This document shows positions 10,046 to 19,903 of a stretch of 64,000 nt of DNA, one piece after another. The number at the start of each line of letters is the position of its first letter. The first letter of the stretch is position 1. Location: the IMG/VR virus record IMGVR_UViG_3300049988_000286, positions 416,001 to 480,000 of that record. One strand, written 5' to 3'. Origin of the DNA: a virus. Lineage: Duplodnaviria > Caudoviricetes. A model generated the notes under the pieces. It ran no database searches, was not told the DNA's origin, and saw only the letters and a program-made list of their open reading frames with translations. Position numbers and translations under genes: made by a program.

Positions 10046-10484
10046 CTGCTCCTAGGCCCGTCCCTGCGAGGAATTCTTTCAGATTAGAGCCATGGCGGAG
10101 GCGCTGCAATATTGTCGCCATACCAAGCTCGTCAGCATCGGGCCAGTATTGCTCAAGGAACTCCGTAAGGGCACGGCTGCTCTTTGATTTTGTGCCCGCG
10201 ATCCAGTCATGGCGGGTTCGCATCCCTAGCCCCACACTGGCGAGAAGTCGATATTGGAGGTCGGTGTAATCATAGAGGTCGTAGAGGTGGCGGTTTGCCC
10301 GCTCGTTCGTGGCGATCAGGTTCCAATCATCGAGGTCACCGCTCGCGCTACTGACGAACCTGACGACCACGGTGGGGTGGAAACCCTTCTGTTCCTCTGG
10401 CGTCAACCCGTCGTAATAGTTGAGATCGTGCTGATCGATCGCTGAAAGGGTTCTACCAATATCGAGTGCGTGTCTTTTAGCCAC
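10008..10484 (-). CDS. Hypothetical protein, possibly clamp-loader small subunit-like (gp62)
   Basis: ORF in the replication cluster (GTG start chosen); the function is only a weak resemblance. Confidence 0.45.
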   Translation of the reverse strand: MAKRHALDIGRTLSAIDQHDLNYYDGLTPEEQKGFHPTVVVRFVSSASGDLDDWNLIATNERANRHLYDLYDYTDLQYRLLASVGLGMRTRHDWIAGTKSKSSRALTEFLEQYWPDADELGMATILQRLRHGSNLKEFLAGTGLGADEVKRVTKLFAD

Positions 10485-10555
10485 TATTCCGCCATATCGT
10501 ATCGGCACCACTAAATATTGGTGCAGTTTCTGTGGTCTGTTCGACCTGCTCAAGG

Positions 10556-10584
10556 CGAGGCTACCCCGAGGGGTAGCCTCGTTT
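10556..10584. terminator. Intrinsic terminator-like hairpin
   Basis: CGAGGCTACCC-CGA-GGGTAGCCTCG followed by TTTT; intergenic. Confidence 0.6.
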
Positions 10585-10589
10585 TAAGC

Positions 10590-10934
10590 TTAGAGCGTGA
10601 TATTGCCCGGCGCAGCAGCGATGTCACCGGACTTGGTGCCCGCCGCGCGCTTCTTCTTGGGCTTTGGTGCCTCCTCGGTCAACATCTGCTTGCCGGTCGC
10701 AACCGGGGCCTCTTCGGTGACGGTCGCGTCGGCCTCCGGAGTGTCCGCCACGGGATCACCGGTCTCCATCAGGATTTGACGCTGACCCGGCTCGGGCACG
10801 GCAACAGCGGTGTCTAGGCGCTCGGTGATCTGCTCCAACAGGGTGAGGACACCCGACAGAGCGTGGTTGAGACGACCGCGCGTAAGATCAGAGCGGACGG
10901 TTTCCAAAAGGGTCTTCGTGGTTGTGTCAGTCAT
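10590..10934 (-). CDS. Hypothetical protein with low-complexity basic C-terminus
   Basis: 114-aa ORF with SD AAGGA. Confidence 0.65.
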   Translation of the reverse strand: MTDTTTKTLLETVRSDLTRGRLNHALSGVLTLLEQITERLDTAVAVPEPGQRQILMETGDPVADTPEADATVTEEAPVATGKQMLTEEAPKPKKKRAAGTKSGDIAAAPGNITL

Positions 10935-10943
10935 GGTGTTCCT

Positions 10944-11450
10944 TTAATGAATGATCTTGGTGATGTCTAAACAATCAGGCAGCTTGTTTGTATCCTTGAC
11001 AAACAACGCGCACAATGGCTCCCGCCCCATTGTAATCGGGACCGCCAAGATATGCCCGTTATCAAGCTTCGGTACCGACCATGACACATCCGGGAAGATG
11101 TTTTCAATTTCAATGTCGGGGAAACTTGGCATGTATCCCGAGATCGGATTGAAGCAAAATACCTGAAAGTCGCGGTCGTTGATGTGCTTGATGTCGATCA
11201 GTTCCATGCTGCCCATATTCTTGTCAGCAATGACCACCGACCAATCCAGCGGGACTTGGACATGGTAATTACCAATGCGCAAGTCCGCAGCGGGCCGAGT
11301 AAATTGATCAATGAAAACAACGGGAGGAAAGACAAAATCAACATCTTGCTGGTTGCTATAATCGAGGACGCAGTAGCGGAGGTCGTTCTCGATCAATTCT
11401 GGGAGGATGGCCAAATCCATCGTCTGGTTTTCGGTAGTGAGGATTCTCAT
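10944..11450 (-). CDS. Hypothetical protein downstream of UvsW
   Basis: 168-aa ORF with globular composition. Confidence 0.75.
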   Translation of the reverse strand: MRILTTENQTMDLAILPELIENDLRYCVLDYSNQQDVDFVFPPVVFIDQFTRPAADLRIGNYHVQVPLDWSVVIADKNMGSMELIDIKHINDRDFQVFCFNPISGYMPSFPDIEIENIFPDVSWSVPKLDNGHILAVPITMGREPLCALFVKDTNKLPDCLDITKIIH

Positions 11451-11477
11451 GCTCTACTTATCTTCAATCTCTATGTT

Positions 11478-12914
11478 TTATCGGTACTTTAATTTCTCTA
11501 CCTTAAACTGATAGTTGGCATCTTTGTAATATTCTTTTCGCTTCGTGAGATGACGCTTCGAGAACTTCGCCGTGGAGCAGATGTCATAGATATCGACGAA
11601 ATCCTTGTCCTTTGCTGTGCGGAGACCACGCCCGATCGACTGGATGACGCGAACGAACGACTTCCCCGGTTCAATCAGGATGAGGTTGAAGATGCGCGGG
11701 ATGTTAATACCCGTTGACGCAACACCGAAGGTGGCGACGAGCAACTGATTATCGGTATAGTTGATACCCGCGTATTCGGTAGCGCGCTTACTGGTTTTTA
11801 CCCCACCGTAGATGAACGGCACACCAAGTATTTCCTCGATCGCTTTGCCCAATTCAATACTGTTGACGAGCACCAGTGTGTTGCCCGTCTCGGCGATCTT
11901 GCGGCAATGCTCTGCGATCCATGCGACACGTTTACGGTCGGTGGCGAGATATTGCTTCTCGGCATCGTAGGTCGCGTAATCGACTTCATCGACGGTCTGC
12001 TGGATGTGGATATGACAGTTGGATAGGATACCCTTCTCCTGCAACTCGTCGGCGCGGATTTCACCTACCTTGGGACCAATCGAGCACAAGAGCGACAGGA
12101 ATTCGAAGTCATCCTTCGGGATCGTACCAGTCAATCCCCAGCGCAACGGGATGTGTGCCATCGGGCCGGTGAGCATTTCCTTCAACTCCGCGCCTTTGAT
12201 CGAATGAGCTTCATCGACCATCACGCACACACAACCATCGAGGATGCGAGCCAGCATTTCGGGATTGTTCTTCTTCAATGCAGAAAGGCTCTGCCATGTC
12301 GCGATCGTGTGTTTATGATCGGGTTCCTTGAAGTCACCGAAGTAGCGTCCGGTATCTAGGCCGATATTGATGTAATCCTTGCACGTCTGTAGCACGAGGT
12401 CTTTACCGGGAACGATCACTAGCGATCGTCCATAAGGTTCTATGGCTTTGGACAGACACCCGGTGATGATGGTCTTACCCGCCGATGTAGAGATGCTCTG
12501 CAACGACTGCGGGTTTTCAAGATAGCGGTTGATCGCTTCCACCTGATGCTCGCGCAACATGATGGGCTCGCCCTCCATCGGGTGACCTTCCGGCCACCGG
12601 GTAGCGGCGAGAAAGTCGAGCGTCATCTCCGGGAAGGTGAAGTTGAACTCTGGGCGACGATCGTCGATGTCGATGTCGTAACCCGCCTCCTCCACGATCG
12701 GGAAGATACGATCGAGGACGTTGAAGTATGACTGTCCCCCCACGGTCGCGAAGGCCACCTTGCCATCCCAGCGTCCCAATTTGAACTGCGGGGTGTGACG
12801 AGCGGTAGGAATGAGGAACTTCAGCTTCTCGACTATTTTCCGACGCGTCAGCGCGTCGAGACCGTCCCACTTAATATTAACCTGATCTAGTATGATGAGT
12901 TTGCAAGTTTCCAT
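11478..12914 (-). CDS. uvsW: UvsW-like superfamily 2 DNA helicase
   Basis: Q motif LREHQ, TSAGKT, DEAH, GLTGT and QSIGRGLR. Confidence 0.9.
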   Translation of the reverse strand: METCKLIILDQVNIKWDGLDALTRRKIVEKLKFLIPTARHTPQFKLGRWDGKVAFATVGGQSYFNVLDRIFPIVEEAGYDIDIDDRRPEFNFTFPEMTLDFLAATRWPEGHPMEGEPIMLREHQVEAINRYLENPQSLQSISTSAGKTIITGCLSKAIEPYGRSLVIVPGKDLVLQTCKDYINIGLDTGRYFGDFKEPDHKHTIATWQSLSALKKNNPEMLARILDGCVCVMVDEAHSIKGAELKEMLTGPMAHIPLRWGLTGTIPKDDFEFLSLLCSIGPKVGEIRADELQEKGILSNCHIHIQQTVDEVDYATYDAEKQYLATDRKRVAWIAEHCRKIAETGNTLVLVNSIELGKAIEEILGVPFIYGGVKTSKRATEYAGINYTDNQLLVATFGVASTGINIPRIFNLILIEPGKSFVRVIQSIGRGLRTAKDKDFVDIYDICSTAKFSKRHLTKRKEYYKDANYQFKVEKLKYR

Positions 12915-12950
12915 CCAAGGATCATAAATGATCCCGAGCCAGTTTGGCTA

Positions 12951-13628
12951 TTATGTATTATCGTTCAACAGTCGATCACGCAAAGACAATTGTGCGGCAC
13001 CTACCCTCATCAATCCAGCGAAGGTTCCCATCAGGGCAAAGCGCGCGAGACTATCTCGTTTGAGGTTGCGATCGGTCCGCATCGCTTTTACAACAGCGGG
13101 GAAGAGGATTGACGCCGCATGGTGGGGAGCCGATGTGCTCGCCATACCGGAAAGCCGAAAGGTGTATTGCCGCGACGAAGATGTGTAGATGATCATCCGG
13201 GGAAAGACGCGCCCCAGCCACTCGTAGCCGAGATCATCCGCCGTGATCTCCACAACAGCGACATGATCGCGCATTTCGAGCGCCTCTTTGGGCGAGAACT
13301 CCGACAGGCGGCGGGTGACGCTACTGTCGCCTCCGAGAAGCGGACAACCACCGTGAAGATCGAGGATTGGCGTATCGGGGAGAACATCCCTTACTGCTCG
13401 CGCCACAAGGTCGATTGCGTCGTCATGAGGGATCACGCAGCGGAAATCATGATCGAGGATGAACTGCCGCAACGATAGGGTATCGGCATCACCGCCTTGG
13501 AGACGATCACGAGCAGCGATCTCCTCGATGGGGGCTCGATCCACCTCGCACGACGTGGCGGGGAGGGCGGCTAGAAGTTTGCGCGCCCCGGATGGTGTTA
13601 GGGCGGGGAGGTAGAAGTCACGGTTCAC
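12951..13628 (-). CDS. Hypothetical protein (225 aa)
   Basis: Coupled ORF. Confidence 0.6.
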   Translation of the reverse strand: MNRDFYLPALTPSGARKLLAALPATSCEVDRAPIEEIAARDRLQGGDADTLSLRQFILDHDFRCVIPHDDAIDLVARAVRDVLPDTPILDLHGGCPLLGGDSSVTRRLSEFSPKEALEMRDHVAVVEITADDLGYEWLGRVFPRMIIYTSSSRQYTFRLSGMASTSAPHHAASILFPAVVKAMRTDRNLKRDSLARFALMGTFAGLMRVGAAQLSLRDRLLNDNT

Positions 13629-14245
13629 AGTCTCTCGGCTCCCATGATTTGTTGCAGGAAAGCCGCCAAGGTTTCGCTGTCCCGGATGTTCCCAACCAGC
13701 GCCCCCTCATGCATGACCATCTCGCTCACCGCCTTGCGCGAATCCAAGCACAACGCCAAAAAGCGCTCTAGATCATCATCGATCTCGAAGCCGAAGCGAC
13801 CAAGAAAGTCGATCAGGGGATCAAGGGTCAACTCCGTCACCGCCATGACGCAGACTTCGCCCCGGCGTTGTTGCCGAAGGGACGGGATGTAGAGGGTCAT
13901 GTCAGCGCTGGGAGAGTAAGATAGTGCCACAATATTGTCACCGAGGTAGCGTGCCTCGCTTCTCTTCTCTGTCCTGACTACCGGCTGGTTCTTCCACAAG
14001 CCTTGATCAATGGTGGCGCGAAAGGTCGTTAGATCGTAGGAGGGGCAAAGGATGTTTTGCCTTTGTGCGTTGGCGAGTTCGCGGTATTGGTTCAGCACCG
14101 TCTTGGCTTTGTAGCATTGCCGCGTCGTCAAGGGCTGATCGCGCGCTATCCGGAGATGGATGCTTTGAAAGAAATCACGCTCCTGTGCCGGTAGGTTGCG
14201 GAAACCTGACCGTGCCATGTCGTTGATAAGATCGTCGATGAACAT
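13625..14245 (-). CDS. Hypothetical protein
   Basis: ORF track 13625..14281; MFIDDLIND start chosen. Confidence 0.65.
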   Translation of the reverse strand: MFIDDLINDMARSGFRNLPAQERDFFQSIHLRIARDQPLTTRQCYKAKTVLNQYRELANAQRQNILCPSYDLTTFRATIDQGLWKNQPVVRTEKRSEARYLGDNIVALSYSPSADMTLYIPSLRQQRRGEVCVMAVTELTLDPLIDFLGRFGFEIDDDLERFLALCLDSRKAVSEMVMHEGALVGNIRDSETLAAFLQQIMGAERL

Positions 14246-14289
14246 TCCCGCACCATGCACGGGCGAGCAACCTCCTCGCATTATTTGAT

Positions 14290-14317
14290 TTGACTCTTCG
14301 CCATAGTTCGATATAGC
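14290..14317 (+). promoter_or_regulatory. Sigma70-like early promoter containing an ATAGTTCG box
   Basis: TTGACT-cttcgcc-ATAGTTCG-a-TATAGC upstream of the SD-led gene at 14337. Confidence 0.55.
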
Positions 14318-14336
14318 GACGGGGAGGAGCTAGACC

Positions 14337-14732
14337 ATGATCATGACCGACATCGAGTTTCAGGTAAATCGTCAGGCGATGGACAAAGCCGCGCGTGGCA
14401 TTTTGATGTCGAGCGATGCGCTCGATCTCCTCCAGCGGATCACCGATGCCGATCTCGCAACGGTGTTGCAGAACATTTCCGGCTACGCGACGTCGATCAA
14501 GGTCACGGAACTGGAATTTGTTTTCGCCACCGACCCCCGCCGACCGGGCACGGACAGCTTCTCGCTGCTAGGCGTCTTCTGCAATCCCGCCGCTGGCACC
14601 CGCTACGTGTCGTGGGAACGACAGCAGAGCCCCGACGTGCGGTTCCGCATCCTCCGGGTGTCGGGAAACCGTTTCGCGTCCTATACCGCCTACGAGAGCG
14701 TCAACGAGGCTAAGGCGGAGTCGGTCGATTGA
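14337..14732 (+). CDS. Hypothetical protein (131 aa)
   Basis: SD GGAGG; first gene of an early operon. Confidence 0.7.
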   Translation: MIMTDIEFQVNRQAMDKAARGILMSSDALDLLQRITDADLATVLQNISGYATSIKVTELEFVFATDPRRPGTDSFSLLGVFCNPAAGTRYVSWERQQSPDVRFRILRVSGNRFASYTAYESVNEAKAESVD

Positions 14733-15109
14733 GCGCGAGCGCGCGGGCGGATCGCGGGCGTCTTTGTTGGCTGTGTGGGAAGCCCGGAGGCACTGGGTTT
14801 CCTGCGAGTGTCCTATCATCGTTGGGCACAGGCGCTAGCGATCGTTCCTCACGACACGCACACGGTCCATGCGTCAGCAAGGCACAGCAACGCGCTGCCA
14901 TCGGCTCACCTCCCTCCCCGGCGATCGTGAAGGAGCCCTTTTGGAAAGAATCCCGTGAGGATTTGGCCCGCGAGATCGCCACAGACTGGGCCGAGCGTGA
15001 CAACGAGGCGGACAGCCACTGTGGTCCACGCGGGACTGAAACGGCGGATGACCACATGGAAGCTGCGCTCGCGTTCGTCGATCGCATCCGTGCACGAGGT
15101 GACTTCTGA
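14729..15109 (+). CDS. Hypothetical protein with Cys/His pairs (possible Zn binding)
   Basis: CWLC...HGPC; coupled ORF. Confidence 0.55.
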   Translation: MSASARADRGRLCWLCGKPGGTGFPASVLSSLGTGASDRSSRHAHGPCVSKAQQRAAIGSPPSPAIVKEPFWKESREDLAREIATDWAERDNEADSHCGPRGTETADDHMEAALAFVDRIRARGDF

Positions 15110-15339
15110 TGCTCAAGCCTAATCTTGCCGATCCCACGCCGGAGGATGTGCGTCAGTTCGTCGTCGCTGTCACGGGCCTCGCGCTCGAAGATTGGCGCGC
15201 GGGCTCGAAGCAATACGGTCGAACCGGCAAAGAGATCGTCCGCATGTGTGCGCGTGAATGGCGCATTCTTCATGTCAAGATGGCGAGTGAAATCTACAAC
15301 AAGACCATCTGGACGATGGAATCGGCAGGGAAGTATTAA
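15109..15339 (+). CDS. Hypothetical protein (76 aa)
   Basis: TGATG coupling. Confidence 0.6.
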   Translation: MLKPNLADPTPEDVRQFVVAVTGLALEDWRAGSKQYGRTGKEIVRMCAREWRILHVKMASEIYNKTIWTMESAGKY

Positions 15340-15341
15340 TC

Positions 15342-16073
15342 ATGGACCCCATCTACATCCCAGCCTTTGTCGATCGCGACATCGCCGATCAGGAGTTCAC
15401 GCGGCTGTGGGACACGCTCGATTGGGAGCGTCGCCCGGATGCACCGCGTCGCGAATACTGGCAGAACAACTACGGCGTCCCGTACACCTACGGTCGCGGC
15501 GCTGGTCTGCGCACCTACGAGGCGCGTCCGTGGGACGGCATGGTCGAGGCGTGGATGCAGCGCCTCAATACCGAGCATGGCTTCGCGCTCGACTGCTGCT
15601 TCATCAACGGTTACGAGACCAAGCGCGACTCGCTCGGCTGGCACGCTGATGACAGCCCGGAGATGCGTGTCGATCAGCCCGTTATCTCCTTGTCGCTGGG
15701 TGGCGAGCGCGACATCGAGGTCAGGGAGAATGCGACGGGCGAGACGCAGCGATTTCGGCTCGGTCACGGCAGCGTGTTCATCATGCCGCCGGGATTTCAG
15801 CAAACGCATCAGCACCGCATTCCCAAGGCGGGATACGATGTTCCGCCGCGCATCTCCCTTACCTACCGCGCGCTCGATCTCGCGGTCATCGCTCCCGCGC
15901 GTCTGGCGCTGTTGGGCTGGGACGTGAGCCCGGCCGTTCTCTATGACGAAGAGGGCGTCGAGGGTTGGCGTTGGGAGCGCGACGGTCGCGAGATCACCGA
16001 GATCGGGTCGCATGACGAGCCGCTGGTCGTCCCGGATGAACTCATGGAATTGTTGGAGAAATCGAATGGGTAA
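15342..16073 (+). CDS. AlkB-family 2OG-Fe(II) dioxygenase
   Basis: INGY, WHAD (HxD), SLSLG, HRIPK and RISLTYR motifs. Confidence 0.9.
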   Translation: MDPIYIPAFVDRDIADQEFTRLWDTLDWERRPDAPRREYWQNNYGVPYTYGRGAGLRTYEARPWDGMVEAWMQRLNTEHGFALDCCFINGYETKRDSLGWHADDSPEMRVDQPVISLSLGGERDIEVRENATGETQRFRLGHGSVFIMPPGFQQTHQHRIPKAGYDVPPRISLTYRALDLAVIAPARLALLGWDVSPAVLYDEEGVEGWRWERDGREITEIGSHDEPLVVPDELMELLEKSNG

Positions 16074-16461
16074 GACGATTTGGATCGACCGTGTGGCGCT
16101 CCCATCGAAGATGGGCTTCGGATTGGTATCTCGCCGCGACGACATCAAATACGACTACAGCGTCCATGCCGTCGAGGATGGTGAGGAGATCGGCGATGAT
16201 AACGTCGTTCAGACCTTCCCCGAGCAGTTGAGCGGCGGCTACGGCTACCACAGCGCGGAGGAGTTGGCGAAGCGCCTGTCCAAGCTCTGGGAAGCGCCGG
16301 TCAAGATGGCGTGGCTGGAAGGTCGCATCTGGTACCGGGTGTCCATGTTCATTCCGGTAGTGGCAGCATCGCGCGAGGAGGCGCAGGATATGGTCTATGA
16401 GGCCATGCGGACCAATGTCCTTTGCGAGCGGTCGCGCTTCCACACCGAGGAGGGGCGCTAA
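16066..16461 (+). CDS. Hypothetical protein
   Basis: Internal ATG (MGKTIW) overlapping the AlkB stop region. Confidence 0.6.
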   Translation: MGKTIWIDRVALPSKMGFGLVSRRDDIKYDYSVHAVEDGEEIGDDNVVQTFPEQLSGGYGYHSAEELAKRLSKLWEAPVKMAWLEGRIWYRVSMFIPVVAASREEAQDMVYEAMRTNVLCERSRFHTEEGR

Positions 16462-16625
16462 TGTTCGGCGTCATCCTCCGCACCGCAGCGGTCTTCGTTG
16501 TCGTCGCCACGCTGACGCTCCTCGCCGCCGCCGTGTTCCAGTTCGGCAACTTCGACATCATGGCTTGGGAGGCCAAGGATCGGCAAGTGCTGTTGGTCTT
16601 CCCCTTGATGGCGACGGTGCTATGA
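16461..16625 (+). CDS. Small two-helix membrane protein
   Basis: Hydrophobic 54-aa ORF, TAATG coupling. Confidence 0.55.
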   Translation: MFGVILRTAAVFVVVATLTLLAAAVFQFGNFDIMAWEAKDRQVLLVFPLMATVL

Positions 16626-16807
16626 CCGTCATGGTCATTCGCACGCTCGACGTTGATCGAGTGCGAGCGTTCCTTGAAGGCATGGGACTTGCCTTCGTGG
16701 AGGAGAAGCACGGTAGCGGGCCTGTCCACCATGCATGTCAGGTCGGCGACACTGTTCTGGAAATCTACCCCACGAAGAAGAACGAGAGCGTTCGTTTCAT
16801 CGAATAG
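16622..16807 (+). CDS. Glyoxalase/VOC-like small protein
   Basis: VIRTLDVDRVRAFLEGMGLAF...VLEIYP. Confidence 0.6.
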   Translation: MTVMVIRTLDVDRVRAFLEGMGLAFVEEKHGSGPVHHACQVGDTVLEIYPTKKNESVRFIE

Positions 16808-16841
16808 TGCAGCGGGTGTGAGGGGTAAGGTATCATCCCTC

Positions 16842-17372
16842 ATGCTTGTCGTAAATCTATTTGGCCCGCCATCGTCGGGCAAAACTACCGTGCAGTGTGA
16901 TGTCTTCCGCCGTTTGAAACAGGCGGGTGTGAATTGCGAAATGCTTCCAGAGGTGGCAAAGAAACTGACGTGGGAGCGTCGTTGGCCAACCCTGCGATGC
17001 CAGCCCTACATTTTCGGCAAGACGCTGCACGATATGCAGACGCTGCGTGAACAAGTAGATGTCTTGGTGCTCGACTCACCCTTGATGCTCTGCGCCGTCT
17101 ATAATTCGCTGCTCGAAGAGCCAGCGGGCCACTTTACCCCGATGGTTGCTGACGCTCACGCGCGCTTCACCAACGTCAACTACATGCTGCGACGGACCTT
17201 TGATTACGCCTCGGAGGGGCGGCGGCAGAACGAGGAGGAAGCAGAAAGGGTCGCACGGACGATCCGCACGACCCTTGATGAAACGGGTATCCGCTACCTC
17301 GATCTCGACAGCGACGATGAGACCGGCTGGGTGATCGCCGATCTGGTGTTGTCGCGCCTCAAGGTCGGTTGA
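16842..17372 (+). CDS. P-loop ATPase/kinase (NadR/AAA_28-like)
   Basis: NLFGPPSSGKTT; VLVLDSPL; GRRQNEEEA. Confidence 0.8.
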   Translation: MLVVNLFGPPSSGKTTVQCDVFRRLKQAGVNCEMLPEVAKKLTWERRWPTLRCQPYIFGKTLHDMQTLREQVDVLVLDSPLMLCAVYNSLLEEPAGHFTPMVADAHARFTNVNYMLRRTFDYASEGRRQNEEEAERVARTIRTTLDETGIRYLDLDSDDETGWVIADLVLSRLKVG

Positions 17373-17495
17373 GGAACGCCGACACCACGATTGCCACGAT
17401 GGCGGGGATGATGACGCTCCCCACCAGCCACTCGACGAAGGGCGTGTCGCTCAAGGCGAACAACAGACCCAACACCGCCACGACTCCGAGCAGCT

Positions 17496-17888
17496 TCACG
17501 TATCCGACTTCCACGGCGACTCGGCGGCGAGCGTGCGAAGATGCTGGGCCACGCCCTTGTCACCGTCGCCGAAGCGATCGAACCAGTCTGCAAGAGCGGC
17601 GATGTCAACGTATCCCGTGCGACCGTAGGCGGGCTCGTCATCGAAGCCGATCAGCGAGAGTTGACCTTCCTGATCACGGGCGATGATCGAAACATCCCCT
17701 GCTTCCGCGTCGTGTCGCCACCAGAGAATTTGGAGACCGTCGAGGGGATTGCCGCCCCTCGTATATTCCTCGTGAAAGGCGGTCATCGCGGTGACGATTG
17801 AGGGCGTGATCGGCACAGTGGCCCCGACCAGAGCCAGCAGTGCTGGATGGTCGGGACGAACCACCTGTGCGTCCATGCGGCTCCTCAC
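17496..17888 (-). CDS. Hypothetical protein (130 aa)
   Basis: Coupled ORF. Confidence 0.6.
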   Translation of the reverse strand: MRSRMDAQVVRPDHPALLALVGATVPITPSIVTAMTAFHEEYTRGGNPLDGLQILWWRHDAEAGDVSIIARDQEGQLSLIGFDDEPAYGRTGYVDIAALADWFDRFGDGDKGVAQHLRTLAAESPWKSDT

Positions 17889-18448
17889 GCCGCCTCGGCG
17901 GCGCGCCGCTCCGCGAGTTCCTCGGCCTCCTCGCGGCGCTTCTTGGCGACATCGAGGTAGTAGTTGTTGATCATGTCGTCGAGGACCGCCTTCTCCTCCT
18001 TCTTGAGGCGCGGACGGCGCAGCTTGCCGTCACGGACGATCTTCTCATCGGTGACATCGCCGAATTCGAGGGTGAAGAGGACGCGCTCGTCGTCGGTCAT
18101 CTTCTCCAGCAGGATGTAATCGACGAAGACGCCGTTGGCCGTGGTGTACTTGCGCACCTCGTAACGCGCGCCGTGATTGCGACCGCCCTTCGAGCAGATA
18201 TAACGCTCGCGCAGCCACTCCAGCACGCGGTCGATCGGCACCGCGCCGTCCTTCATGTAGAGCTTGATGGGATAGATGTACTTGTGGGGCTCGTCACGGA
18301 GGACGCGGCCGAAGTCCATGAGGACGGTATTGCCCTTGGGGCGGAGCGCGCGCAGCGCCGATTCGGTCGCATCGCGGCGGCGCTTGGCGACGGTACCAAG
18401 CGCGGGCTTGGGCTTGCGGGTGCGGGTCTGGGGGGCTGCGGTGGCCAT
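17885..18448 (-). CDS. Hypothetical protein (187 aa)
   Basis: SD GAGG; strong codon bias; DDERVLFTLEF resembles the family motif. Confidence 0.75.
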   Translation of the reverse strand: MATAAPQTRTRKPKPALGTVAKRRRDATESALRALRPKGNTVLMDFGRVLRDEPHKYIYPIKLYMKDGAVPIDRVLEWLRERYICSKGGRNHGARYEVRKYTTANGVFVDYILLEKMTDDERVLFTLEFGDVTDEKIVRDGKLRRPRLKKEEKAVLDDMINNYYLDVAKKRREEAEELAERRAAEAA

Positions 18449-18529
18449 CTGCGTGTTCCTCGTTGCACGGCAACAGCGCCGTTAAACGATCAACTAGCCG
18501 GGGAACTGCGCGGAGTCAAGCTTATTCGT

Positions 18530-18973
18530 TTAATCGAGCCGGTGCATGTTGATTGAGCATTCCTGCAAGATCACCGCCGCTTCGGCGAGGCTCTCCGCCC
18601 ACCGCTGGTTGAAATCCTCGTGGTAGAGCCACCAGACATCCGTGATGCCGCTACTCGCAATAGCGAGGGCACATGCCGAACAGGGATGGCGCGTCACGAA
18701 GAGATGGTACCCCTCGGTGGTATCGTCGCGATTGAAGGCAAGACAATTCATCTCCGCGTGCACGGTGCGCTTCAGCTTTTCAGCGCGGTTCGCGGGATCG
18801 TTGAGGAACACGGGATTGTCCGCCATGCGGCGAGGGAATCCGTTGAACCCCAGCGACGCTACCGTCTTGTCGGGACGGACGAGCACCGCCCCGACTTTGC
18901 TCGACGGGTCTTTGGACTTCCCCGCAGCGGCTTGTGCGATGTTGAGGAAGGTGCGCTGCCAATCAGGCGACAT
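18530..18973 (-). CDS. dCMP deaminase family protein
   Basis: SKDPSSKVGAV, GFNGFP, HAEMNCL, HPCSAC. Confidence 0.9.
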   Translation of the reverse strand: MSPDWQRTFLNIAQAAAGKSKDPSSKVGAVLVRPDKTVASLGFNGFPRRMADNPVFLNDPANRAEKLKRTVHAEMNCLAFNRDDTTEGYHLFVTRHPCSACALAIASSGITDVWWLYHEDFNQRWAESLAEAAVILQECSINMHRLD

Positions 18974-19093
18974 CCTCCAACTCCTGTTCGACCATTTGCT
19001 CGATGGCTTCCTGTTCGAGCCAAGATTGGATCATGAACCGTGTCTCTGGACAAGCCAAGGTCATGACTACTAGGTTGAAGAAACTGTCAATCA

Positions 19094-19570
19094 TCAGAAT
19101 GTTGCATCCTCTAGGCCCACGGCCTTCAATTTCGTAACGTTGCTCAACTGAAAGTGCATGACTTCCAGCCCCTTCGAGATACCGAGAAACTCGTTCCGGA
19201 CGCTCGCGACACGGTTACGGATGGAGCGAATAGCTTGAACTTCATCACTGACATCGGCGTAGTTCTTCGCCTGTGTATCCGAGAGCGCACGCTGATAGTG
19301 TTCTAGATACCAGATCACCTTCTGGCCTTTCACCCGGTTCTCGTAATTGGTCACATGTTCGAGCATGATCTCCAAATCGGTCATGCGTGAATAGTTCTCG
19401 GCGGTGATACCGGGCATCATCATGGCCACCTTGGTGATCAAGCCATCCGGGGGTGATAGAAAGGCCTTCGCATCTGGAACCATCGCCTCATAGTAGAGGC
19501 AAGCGTGCACCACGATGTCGAGTTGTTTCAGATCATCCGTCTCATCGAATACGCGGCGATACCAAAGCAT
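19094..19570 (-). CDS. uvsY: UvsY-like recombination mediator
   Basis: Helical protein with LEIMLEH...YLEHYQRALS...KGLE pattern, in an operon with UvsX. Confidence 0.7.
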   Translation of the reverse strand: MLWYRRVFDETDDLKQLDIVVHACLYYEAMVPDAKAFLSPPDGLITKVAMMMPGITAENYSRMTDLEIMLEHVTNYENRVKGQKVIWYLEHYQRALSDTQAKNYADVSDEVQAIRSIRNRVASVRNEFLGISKGLEVMHFQLSNVTKLKAVGLEDATF

Positions 19571-19813
19571 TTAGCGCTCGATCTCTTCTATCTCGTCGAT
19601 CTCTTCCTCTTCATCCTGCTCGGCTGAAACTTCGGCAAGCGCGCGGTCGAGATGAACGTCCTCACCCTCGGCGTCGTGGAGGAGATGGATGTCGTTGCCC
19701 TGTTCGAGCAAAACGCGGATCATCTGCGCGGCGGCATCCTGCCTGTCACCCATCGGGATGAACTCGTAAACTGCCTCCCAGAGGAGGTATAGGAATCGTG
19801 CTTCGTCGTTCAT
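19571..19813 (-). CDS. Hypothetical acidic protein
   Basis: MNDEARF start; lies between uvsX and uvsY. Confidence 0.65.
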   Translation of the reverse strand: MNDEARFLYLLWEAVYEFIPMGDRQDAAAQMIRVLLEQGNDIHLLHDAEGEDVHLDRALAEVSAEQDEEEEIDEIEEIER

Positions 19814-19870
19814 GATTGTTTTTCCAAGTTTGCTAATCAGATATACAGAGGTGCCGAGCACGCTCTCAAT

Positions 19871-19897
19871 AAAAAACGGGGAGGTCTTGCCTCCCCG
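19871..19897 (-). terminator. Intrinsic terminator after uvsX
   Basis: CGGGGAGG-caaga-CCTCCCCG followed by TTTTTT on the minus strand. Confidence 0.75.
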
Positions 19898-19903
19898 CCC
19901 CTT

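Noticed and set aside
10512-10817. TAAATA followed by TTG/GTG opening a 99-aa ORF antisense to 10590..10934
   Set aside because: The spacing (0 or 3 nt) differs from the 4-5 nt rule, the motif sits in a hairpin loop, and a terminator follows at 10556. At most a short antisense RNA.
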